Positions 56,144 to 64,000 of a DNA stretch of 64,000 bases are shown one piece after another (positions within the stretch are counted from its first letter, which is position 1; the number at the start of each line of letters is the position of its first letter). Under the pieces are notes generated by a model. The model made no database searches. It was given only the letters and a program-made list of their open reading frames with translations, and was not told where the DNA came from. A program made the translations under genes and the position numbers. The DNA lies in the IMG/VR virus record IMGVR_UViG_3300028886_000036, positions 1-64,000 of that record. The stretch is one strand, 5' to 3'. The DNA is from a virus (taxonomy: Duplodnaviria; Caudoviricetes).

Positions 56144-56437
56144 TTAGTCTCTAGGGAATGAAATAAGTAAACATCCAAACACACTACACATAAACATTGC
56201 AATGGCAATTACTGGATGTAAGTTCTGGAAACATTTTACTAATCCACCCGGACTGACAACCAATGATACGCAGAATAACCATTTAATCTTGTTAATAAAT
56301 TTAGTGAAGGTTTCACCACCAACACTGATGCCAACACATACAATCAACCAGCTTAAAGTTACTACTAAGAAATAGCTAATGATACTAGTAAACATAAGCA
56401 CTTCAAATACATCAAACTCAGGGATTGTAATAGTCAT
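56144..56437 (-). CDS. Membrane protein, paralogue of 56438-56896
   Basis: About 3 TM helices; shared MTI..P start and FI.K..P.G. Confidence 0.65.
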   Translation of the reverse strand: MTITIPEFDVFEVLMFTSIISYFLVVTLSWLIVCVGISVGGETFTKFINKIKWLFCVSLVVSPGGLVKCFQNLHPVIAIAMFMCSVFGCLLISFPRD

Positions 56438-56896
56438 TTAGATCATCCTTTCTTGATTTTGTTTATCAGCAAGTTGAGCTTCTAATGCAATCTGATCAAT
56501 CCTATAATTTTCAATGATGCCATCTTTACGTTGGATTTCTTTTTCAAGATATGCATTTCTAGATCTAATATCTTTAATTTTTTGTGGTTCAAACTGATCT
56601 GCAAAACATACTAGCAATACACATGAAATACCACCAAGAGCAATAGTCGCTATTACAAGAGCTGTACAATCATAACTAGTTCCATATAAGAACCACCTGT
56701 ATATTCCGTATGGATAGAACATCAAAATAAGTTTCTTAATAAATTTAAGTCCTTTAAACTTATAATCTCCATTAATAAAGCAGCTAACAATTACATACCA
56801 TAAAAACATTAATGTAGCTACTACTGAAAACATACTGAAGTTGTTAACCCAAATAATCAACTGAGCCAAGGTTACATTAGGAACATTAATAGTCAA
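56438..56896 (-). CDS. Membrane protein with C-terminal coiled coil
   Basis: 152 aa, AAGGAG SD. Confidence 0.65.
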   Translation of the reverse strand: MTINVPNVTLAQLIIWVNNFSMFSVVATLMFLWYVIVSCFINGDYKFKGLKFIKKLILMFYPYGIYRWFLYGTSYDCTALVIATIALGGISCVLLVCFADQFEPQKIKDIRSRNAYLEKEIQRKDGIIENYRIDQIALEAQLADKQNQERMI

Positions 56897-56912
56897 TTAT
56901 AATTTCTCCTTT

Positions 56913-57122
56913 CTAGTTAGTGAAGAACTCATCCCTAATTTGAGATGGTTCAACACTTCTTACATTCACATCTATTGGGTTAAAATACTGCCCAATCTCG
57001 CCACTGTAAATTCTTTTCATAGCTTCCTGTTTTGCCCCTTCTTCAGTCTTAACTTCTGAAGCATCAAACCAGAATTCACAGGTACCGTCGAATTTTACCA
57101 CAACCTTAAACACTTTCTTCAT
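56913..57122 (-). CDS. Hypothetical protein
   Basis: 69 aa, similar in pattern to 36651-36845. Confidence 0.65.
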   Translation of the reverse strand: MKKVFKVVVKFDGTCEFWFDASEVKTEEGAKQEAMKRIYSGEIGQYFNPIDVNVRSVEPSQIRDEFFTN

Positions 57123-57149
57123 TTAATATACCTTCCTTTTTAAAGATAA

Positions 57150-57608
57150 CTATTTTTCATATCCACAATCAAGAACATAACTTCTAGATTGAACATATTG
57201 TGTCGTTTTATTAGTCCGACCGCGTTTTCTAAAGGTTTTATAGTTTCCTGGTCTATTATATTTATACCGATGACTTTTATCTGCGTTGAACTTGCAAATC
57301 AAAGAATTCAATACGCTATCATCGATATAGATACCCCTATAATATTTAGATCCAACAATATCAATTAAGTTTTTCATAACATCACGTTTAGGATAATGAT
57401 AAGCTTTATAGTAAGCTTCATTAGGACTATCTAGTACCTCGTCATACAGTGTAATCATAAACTTCTTGAAAACTTGATAGAGCTCTTCTTTTGCTTCACT
57501 ATTTTCACTAGAGGATTCATAGCGCCTAGCTTTTTCTTTAGAGATAACCCTTTCAAGATCTTTATCAAAATCTAGAACCATGTTACCCTTGAGAGTAATA
57601 TCAATCAT
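57150..57608 (-). CDS. Hypothetical protein
   Basis: 152 aa, AAGGAGG SD. Confidence 0.7.
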   Translation of the reverse strand: MIDITLKGNMVLDFDKDLERVISKEKARRYESSSENSEAKEELYQVFKKFMITLYDEVLDSPNEAYYKAYHYPKRDVMKNLIDIVGSKYYRGIYIDDSVLNSLICKFNADKSHRYKYNRPGNYKTFRKRGRTNKTTQYVQSRSYVLDCGYEK

Positions 57609-57646
57609 TTGAGGTTCCTCCTTTTATTTTGAACAAATTATAGGGT

Positions 57647-58030
57647 TTACTTTTTCTTCAAACTATAAACAAAGTCACTATACCCAGTAGGAGTATAAGA
57701 AAACAATGCTTCAGGATCAATGTTATAAATCTTAAGTAGTTGATTGATTTCTACAGGATATACATTGACACCTGATTCAATATGAAGAATGTCAATAATA
57801 GCTCTTTTAGTGATAAAGATCTCAGACTCATATGAATCATATGCTTGAATACAATAGTGTTTTGTTCTAATTTCATATCGATCTGATTCTTCATTCAACT
57901 TGGTGCTATTGAGAAGATCTCTCATAAGTGGATAAAGTTTTCTGAGCTTTAAAGTATATTTACTCAGATCAACTTTTTTACTATCCATAACAACAACTTC
58001 GATACCGCTTCTAATAACACTAATACTCAT
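57647..58030 (-). CDS. Hypothetical protein
   Basis: Start MSISV after AAGGGTG. Confidence 0.65.
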   Translation of the reverse strand: MSISVIRSGIEVVVMDSKKVDLSKYTLKLRKLYPLMRDLLNSTKLNEESDRYEIRTKHYCIQAYDSYESEIFITKRAIIDILHIESGVNVYPVEINQLLKIYNIDPEALFSYTPTGYSDFVYSLKKK

Positions 58031-58118
58031 TGTTGACACCCTTTCTTTCATAAGAGGTTTTGATGGAATGCCTTGTTACGCCGCGAATAACTTTGCTAAG
58101 ATACATTGACTTATACAT
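58020..58118 (-). CDS. Small basic early peptide (32 aa, MYKSMYLSKVIRG...)
   Basis: Not in the ORF track; AAGGAGG SD; first ORF after promoter 58161. Confidence 0.6.
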   Translation of the reverse strand: MYKSMYLSKVIRGVTRHSIKTSYERKGVNNEY

Positions 58119-58160
58119 TGAAACCCTCCTTATAAAGGTTTAAAGATGTAATGCGCTAAT

Positions 58161-58177
58161 ATAATATATATACAAAA
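58161..58177 (-). promoter_or_regulatory. Putative phage early promoter (TTTTGTATATATATTAT)
   Basis: Matches the shared motif. Confidence 0.6.
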
Positions 58178-58267
58178 ACTCACATGAATGTAACAAGTAT
58201 TACTGCCTAGAGATACTCTATGTATCTTTAAGGCAGTATTTTTATTTTTCTAAAAAGAGGTGATACA

Positions 58268-61200
58268 ATGTCTGATAACTTAAACTCTGGTAGTTTATTA
58301 AGCTCTTTAAGTGGTAGCGCTAGGCCTGCTAGAACAACCACTCCGATGACTAATTCATCTAATGCTGGTAATAATAGTATTTTGCCAGGTTCGATGAGTT
58401 CGTCTCAAAGACAAGCTATCAATAGAGAGTTTTTAGATAATCAAACTAGGCAAACTAATCTTTTAAATAGTAATGCTATGTTAAATAATCTAGCAGCTCA
58501 AAACCAAGGAATGATGAATCAATTTAATGGATCATTAATGAGACAAATGGGAGCTATAGATGCAGCTGCTAATAAAATTACTAATGCTATAACGAATCAA
58601 ACTAATCAATTAGTTAGTGCTATTACAAATATGAGTAGCTCAATTACAGAGTCTATTAAAGGTCTTCAAGAAGGAATTAACAACTTATTTTATGAACGAG
58701 CTAGAGCATACGCTAGTAAATTAGAATACGAAGAAGATCAAAATATATATAAAGATTATGCTGAGAATTTTATAAAAACTTTCTTTAGTGAAAAGATTAT
58801 GAACATACTAACAAGTATTGAGTTTGTTTCTTTAAAAGAAGTTAAAGAACAAACTTTAAAATACTTGATGCAAAATGGTGGAGTTGCTAAGTTTTTAGGG
58901 ATAAAGCCTTTAGGATCGGATCGAGCTAATAATATGGTTCCTTTTACCAAAGACATTGCTGATGCAATACTAGAATCTTCTAAACATTTATTAGTTATAG
59001 CTAATGCAGTTAATAATATTAATCGAGATACGCCAATCATATTAGAAAATTTTGGCGGTGCGCTTATAGATAAGCAAGATACACTTTTAAATATTAATAG
59101 AGAACAACTTATTAGTACTAATAGAATTGGAAACATACTCGATGCTTTTAGTAACAATTATATGAATGTAAATCAAGCTAGAGTAACTGAACCTATGCGT
59201 GGAGCTATAGATGTTATAAGAGAAGTTACAGGTAATAATCAAGTACAAAACATTGCTGACTTACAACGTGAAATACAGAGATTAGAAGGCACTTTAAATA
59301 ATGAAAGACAAATTGCACAAAGATATGCAGATAGAGACGATCCTAATAGTGAATATAATAGAAGAAGAAATCAATTAGAACAAGATATATTTAGGAACGG
59401 TGGAGCAGAAAGGCAACAATTAAGAGAACAGCTTAATCAAGCTGGTTTAACTCAAAATCAAAGACGGCAAATAACCCAAAGAATACAGCAATTGAATGGG
59501 CAACTTCAAGTACTTGATAACGAATTAAGAAATTGGACTCAGGATTATAGAAATTTAGGAGCAAATGCGTGGGGAAGAAATTCTTTAACTAATGCTAATG
59601 TTAGAAGATCTAGAGCTGAAACTGAGAGAGAAGTTGCTAGATTAGAAAGAGCACTTAGAACATTAAGAAGAGGTGCTAGAAATCAGAATTCTTTCGATGA
59701 AGCCACTAGAAACGGTTTTGGGGCTAATTATTTAGAAAGTGAAATTAGAAATATAGAAGCCTATGCATCTGGTAGAAGTGGAAGATTTTCATCAAGAGGT
59801 AGAATGACACAAAATAAGGCTCAAAAAGATGATAGGGCTAAATTGATGGAAACGCTTAGGGATTCTATTAATAAGAACGTATATCAAACTGAAGAAAACA
59901 CTAAAGCTTTGAATAAAAGTATAAGTGCTATGGATGTATTTAAAACATCTCTTTTAGCTGCTATTAATCCTATGAATATAAAGAAAATTGGTGAGTTTGG
60001 TTATAAGTTGTTTAAGTTTGTTTCTCCATTCTTCATGTATAGATGGGGATTACAAATGTTAACAGGAAAATCTCCTTTACCACTTATTGGAGAAACTTTA
60101 CCTGGGTTATTAAGTAAACCGTTAAATTATGTAAGTAGTATACAGCTAGGGGATAAAACTTTAGGAGAAAGAGCTTCTGGCTGGTGGGGAACTATTAAAA
60201 CTACTTTAGCAGAATTTTATAATAATCATTTAAAAGGTATTTGGGAAAGCATAAAAGATAATTTAGCATCTTTTAAAGAAACTTTTATAGGATGGATTGG
60301 CAAAGATTGGTGGATGAGAATATATGATACTTGGGAAGCTGTTAAAAAATATACATCATTAGGATGGGATGCCTTTTTAAATCCAGATACTGAAAAAGCA
60401 GCAATAGCTAGAGAACAAATAGTTACTAGTATTAAATCTGCTATGAAAGATGTTGTTATAAAATATCTTTTACCAGGGATTGTGTATGGAATTGGTGCAT
60501 ATACAGCATTTAAGAACGTAACTAATCCTGGTAAATTTTTATCCGAGTTATATAGACCTGTAAAATTTTTAGGGAGAAGGTTTGGTGGCGGATTTAGAAC
60601 TAGAGTATATAATTTTAATGAAGCTAGAACAGTCCTTCAAGATTCAGCTATTAATGAGCTTCAAAGATATAATAAAGAATTTGGTTTAAGTAATATAAGG
60701 ACAAATTTAAGAGCAGATGAAAGAGGAAATCCTGTATTAACTTTAAGAGCTAATAGATTTGGTAATTTGAGATCTACTAACTTTACTGGTCAGTTTAATC
60801 AAGAAAGAGTTTTAGGAAATGCAGCTAGAACTTTAATGGATAGATTAGGAGTAGATAGACAAACTGCTGACAGTATGTTACGTGAAGCTGCTACTGGAGG
60901 AGGAGCTAGTTATAGAATATCTAGATTAGCAACCAGTATAGGCAATGGATTAAAGAATGTAACTAGAGTTTTATCTGCTTTTATGAGAGGTACTACTTGG
61001 GTGTTTAATATAGGAACAACATTATTTAGTTTGTATAAAATGTGGAACTTTTTTAAGGATAAGGTAAAGCAAATAGCTGAAGCTGATGGGATAACTGGCG
61101 GAATGCGAGATATGGTATTATATGCTACTAAAAAAGGAATTTCTACTTTATTAGATGTTGGAAAGGAAATATGGAAAGAATTACCAATAGTAATGGGGTC

Positions 61201-64000
61201 CTTATGGGATGCCGGAAAGGAAGCTTGGAAAAAATATTGGCCAACGTTATTGGCTTCAGCGAAAGTTTATTTTGTACAAAAAGTTATTCCAGCAATAGGT
61301 AATATATTAGAAAAAGGTATAAATTGGATTGTTGAAAAAGCTAAAGGCTTAGTTAATATGGACAAAGAATCTGAGCTTATAAAAAAGGCCGAGAAAGAAC
61401 AGTTTGATTTATATAGTAAAGAGATTAAGAATAGAGCGATTGAGTATAGTAAATCAGATCATTTAGCTGAGCTTGGAAATCCAACGGCGCTTCAAATGCA
61501 TGAGGTTATGGATGCTTTGGATCCAAAAACTAGACAACAGTTATTAGAACAGCAAAATGGTGTTGGCAACAATAAGTACATTGGTGGTGTAAGCTCCAGT
61601 TATGAAGGTAAAGTCGTAGAAGAAGTTTCTGGTACTAAATTAATAAATATGCTTTTAGATAAAAAATTTTTCAATGGAGCTGAATATGTTAGAGACGACA
61701 AAGGTAATATAAAAATAGGAGCAGATGGAAATGCTATTAGAACAACTAGTATACCTTTTTCTGATATGGGAAAGGTTTTAGAAGCTTTAAAAGCGGATAG
61801 AAATGATGCTTTAGCATTAGCTTCTTTTAAAAATTATACTGAACTATTATCAAATAACCCATGGTTACAAGGTACTGAATTTAGAAGCATATTTGAAAAA
61901 ATAGATACAACGATGTCTATAGTAAGTGATGAAGAAAACTATAAGAAATCTATGGATGAGCTTATACAGAAACTAAAAACAGGTGAAGTATATCAAGATC
62001 TAGTTAGAGCTATGGTTAATAGCCCTTACACTTATGTTTCACAATATACTGGAAATGAGATTAGCATCACCGGAGATAAGCTTCTTATGAGCGGTATGAA
62101 ATTAGAAGAAGTAGCTTCAAAATTTGTGAAAAACTTAGAAGAACAAAATGAAAAAAATTTATCTAATAGTATACAAAGAGCTAAATTAGCTGATAAACAA
62201 TTTAAAGATGATGCTAGACGAAAAGAAGAAGAAGAAAGAGCTAGGTTAGCTGAAGAAAAGGCTAGAAAAGCGGCAGAAGAAAATGAAAAGAAAGAACAAG
62301 AAAAACGTAGTTTTACGGATAGTGTAAAGTCTTTCTTTGGTTTTTCAGATAAAACTAATGCTGGTGGGGCTGGTTCATTAGGAGTTATAGCACAATGGGT
62401 TCAATCTGGGAAATTTAAACAAGCTATGGAAACAGCTATGGGATGGATTGGAGATAAAATCGGGGGTATTATAAAGTTTTTTAAGTCACAGAATTACGGT
62501 AAGATATTTGCTGATACTATGTCAGGGCTTGGATCGGCATCCGGAGCTATCTTATCAGCACTTTATGGAGCAGATAAGGCTGATACTTTTTCTAGAAATG
62601 CTTATAACTATGCTGTCAAGCATAATTTGAAGTATGCTAAAGCATTCTTTGGTGGAGCTAGAAAGTCTATACTTATGAGTGTAGATAATATTGCAGAACA
62701 TGCTGCTAAGACAGGTCAAACTGTACAACAGATTTATGAGTTTCTTCAATCTCAAGGTGTAGAAAAACAATATATGCCTGGTGGAAAAGAATATGATCAA
62801 GGTAAAGGATACAACACTCAAGAAGAAAAAAAATATCATGGAAAGATTACAGATGCCAATGGCAATTATATAGGAGATAAATTAGGGCTTGGCGATGATT
62901 CTGATTCGAGATTTAATATGGCACGAGCTAGAACATTTAGTGGAGAAGGAACCCGTATTAACTGGCAAGATAGCTATAGTAAATTTGGTATAAATATTAA
63001 ACGAAAAATGGAATCAAAATATGGAATTTTAGCTCTTGATGTGCCAACCTATGCTAAAAATACAAATAATGCAAAACTTAATGCTTACTTAAAGAATTTA
63101 GGCATTGAAGGAAAAACAGCAAAGGAGTTATGGGGTAATAATGGTGAGTTATGGTGGGGTAAAGGTGGAAATAGAGAAAAGATTCTAAAGGCTATGCAAG
63201 ATCCTAATTCTGGTTTTGGAACCGAAGCTGATAAGATAGCATATATGAAAAATAACTATTGGAACAATTATAAATTGTATAAATTTAAAGATCCGGCTAC
63301 TTCCGGGTTGTTATTAGATAGTTATTGGGTTGGTGGAGGACAAGAAGTATTAAGAAATACATATAATGTTATGGCTGAAAAATATAAAAGACCAGATATG
63401 AAGATAAATTATATAAAAGGTAAAGATGGTAAATATAGGTGGGAGAACTATAAATTATTTGATGATGCTCATATTAACTTTGCAAACTCTACTGGGAAAT
63501 TTTTTGCGGCTGAAGTTTTACGTCAGTCTGCGTTAAGATATGAGAGCCTAGGGAGGAGACCAGATCATAAAGATGATTTAGAGGGTTGGAGAAAAAGAGT
63601 TCGAGATAATGCTGCATATTGGGGTATAAAAAGATTTGATAATAATGGCAGCTATGCTTTTGGATTTAGCGATACAACTTCTTATGACAAGTTAGCATAT
63701 GGCGATGATAAAATAACTAAATCTTACGATAATGGTGATATAACTAACGAAACATTTACTAGAAAATTAAATGAGTTTATACAAGCACAAGGTACTAAAA
63801 GATTTGACACATCTTTTTCAAAAATTCTTTCTAAAACTGGTGGAAGTGGCAGTGAATATAATCGTATGCTCAAAATATTTGGTACAGATGAAAAATCTAA
63901 GAAGTTTATGGCGAAAGTTGTTGATATTGAAAAGAAAGCTCCGTCAGAATGGACAAAGGATGAGGCTGATATCATGGCTAAATTTGCTGGTTTAGTTGAC
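58268..64000 (+). CDS. Tape-measure-like protein with embedded GH108-like lysin domain (runs off the window)
   Basis: Not in the ORF track; ATG after AAAGAGGTGA; at least 1911 codons; coiled-coil and amphipathic W/F-rich helices; lysin-like domain at about 62910-63630. Confidence 0.8.
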   Translation, partial: MSDNLNSGSLLSSLSGSARPARTTTPMTNSSNAGNNSILPGSMSSSQRQAINREFLDNQTRQTNLLNSNAMLNNLAAQNQGMMNQFNGSLMRQMGAIDAAANKITNAITNQTNQLVSAITNMSSSITESIKGLQEGINNLFYERARAYASKLEYEEDQNIYKDYAENFIKTFFSEKIMNILTSIEFVSLKEVKEQTLKYLMQNGGVAKFLGIKPLGSDRANNMVPFTKDIADAILESSKHLLVIANAVNNINRDTPIILENFGGALIDKQDTLLNINREQLISTNRIGNILDAFSNNYMNVNQARVTEPMRGAIDVIREVTGNNQVQNIADLQREIQRLEGTLNNERQIAQRYADRDDPNSEYNRRRNQLEQDIFRNGGAERQQLREQLNQAGLTQNQRRQITQRIQQLNGQLQVLDNELRNWTQDYRNLGANAWGRNSLTNANVRRSRAETEREVARLERALRTLRRGARNQNSFDEATRNGFGANYLESEIRNIEAYASGRSGRFSSRGRMTQNKAQKDDRAKLMETLRDSINKNVYQTEENTKALNKSISAMDVFKTSLLAAINPMNIKKIGEFGYKLFKFVSPFFMYRWGLQMLTGKSPLPLIGETLPGLLSKPLNYVSSIQLGDKTLGERASGWWGTIKTTLAEFYNNHLKGIWESIKDNLASFKETFIGWIGKDWWMRIYDTWEAVKKYTSLGWDAFLNPDTEKAAIAREQIVTSIKSAMKDVVIKYLLPGIVYGIGAYTAFKNVTNPGKFLSELYRPVKFLGRRFGGGFRTRVYNFNEARTVLQDSAINELQRYNKEFGLSNIRTNLRADERGNPVLTLRANRFGNLRSTNFTGQFNQERVLGNAARTLMDRLGVDRQTADSMLREAATGGGASYRISRLATSIGNGLKNVTRVLSAFMRGTTWVFNIGTTLFSLYKMWNFFKDKVKQIAEADGITGGMRDMVLYATKKGISTLLDVGKEIWKELPIVMGSLWDAGKEAWKKYWPTLLASAKVYFVQKVIPAIGNILEKGINWIVEKAKGLVNMDKESELIKKAEKEQFDLYSKEIKNRAIEYSKSDHLAELGNPTALQMHEVMDALDPKTRQQLLEQQNGVGNNKYIGGVSSSYEGKVVEEVSGTKLINMLLDKKFFNGAEYVRDDKGNIKIGADGNAIRTTSIPFSDMGKVLEALKADRNDALALASFKNYTELLSNNPWLQGTEFRSIFEKIDTTMSIVSDEENYKKSMDELIQKLKTGEVYQDLVRAMVNSPYTYVSQYTGNEISITGDKLLMSGMKLEEVASKFVKNLEEQNEKNLSNSIQRAKLADKQFKDDARRKEEEERARLAEEKARKAAEENEKKEQEKRSFTDSVKSFFGFSDKTNAGGAGSLGVIAQWVQSGKFKQAMETAMGWIGDKIGGIIKFFKSQNYGKIFADTMSGLGSASGAILSALYGADKADTFSRNAYNYAVKHNLKYAKAFFGGARKSILMSVDNIAEHAAKTGQTVQQIYEFLQSQGVEKQYMPGGKEYDQGKGYNTQEEKKYHGKITDANGNYIGDKLGLGDDSDSRFNMARARTFSGEGTRINWQDSYSKFGINIKRKMESKYGILALDVPTYAKNTNNAKLNAYLKNLGIEGKTAKELWGNNGELWWGKGGNREKILKAMQDPNSGFGTEADKIAYMKNNYWNNYKLYKFKDPATSGLLLDSYWVGGGQEVLRNTYNVMAEKYKRPDMKINYIKGKDGKYRWENYKLFDDAHINFANSTGKFFAAEVLRQSALRYESLGRRPDHKDDLEGWRKRVRDNAAYWGIKRFDNNGSYAFGFSDTTSYDKLAYGDDKITKSYDNGDITNETFTRKLNEFIQAQGTKRFDTSFSKILSKTGGSGSEYNRMLKIFGTDEKSKKFMAKVVDIEKKAPSEWTKDEADIMAKFAGLVD

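Noticed and set aside
55681-57640. AACAAAT at 55681 and 57632 as late promoters
   Set aside because: No plus-strand gene follows; the 55681 copy is equally explained as a minus-strand terminator tail.
1-64000. Stop-codon reassignment as seen in some gut jumbo phages
   Set aside because: Genes tile densely in code 11, and TAG, TGA and TAA all terminate genes at sensible boundaries.

Overview
AT-rich (~30% GC), densely coding segment of a large (jumbo) myophage genome read in the standard genetic code. No tRNA, rRNA, CRISPR array, integrase or transposase is visible. Two long ORFs are missing from the ORF track because they run off the window: a T4 gp20-like portal (1-2256, minus) and a tape-measure-like protein (58268 to >64000, plus) carrying a GH108-like lysin domain. 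Late/structural blocks contain an extremely acidic scaffold-like protein, a gp26-like hub/tail chaperone with a probable +1 frameshift extension, a gp25-like baseplate wedge, a GH108 endolysin and two large tail-fibre/receptor-binding clusters (24.9-31.4 kb, 39.9-53.5 kb). Both clusters are built from a recurring adapter domain plus varied lectin, LRR and CLec tip proteins. Interleaved minus-strand operons of small proteins (many Cys-rich paralogues) follow a shared TTTTGTAWATATATTAT motif resembling phiKZ/AR9-type early promoters. The best candidate for an undescribed system is the 6-24 kb set of putatively head-packaged proteins. They carry short M-K/R-Y-K/R-L-x-x-K-E leaders and hydrophobic-x-E prohead-protease-like motifs, yet include many membrane proteins, two PrsW-like intramembrane proteases and ADP-ribosyltransferase-like proteins, which suggests an injected host-takeover or membrane-remodelling cargo. 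Other signals: AUA start codons, a repeated pseudoknot-like RNA element, homogenised 78-bp LRR repeats and a symmetric bidirectional promoter. All family assignments come from motif recognition by eye; no database searches were run.
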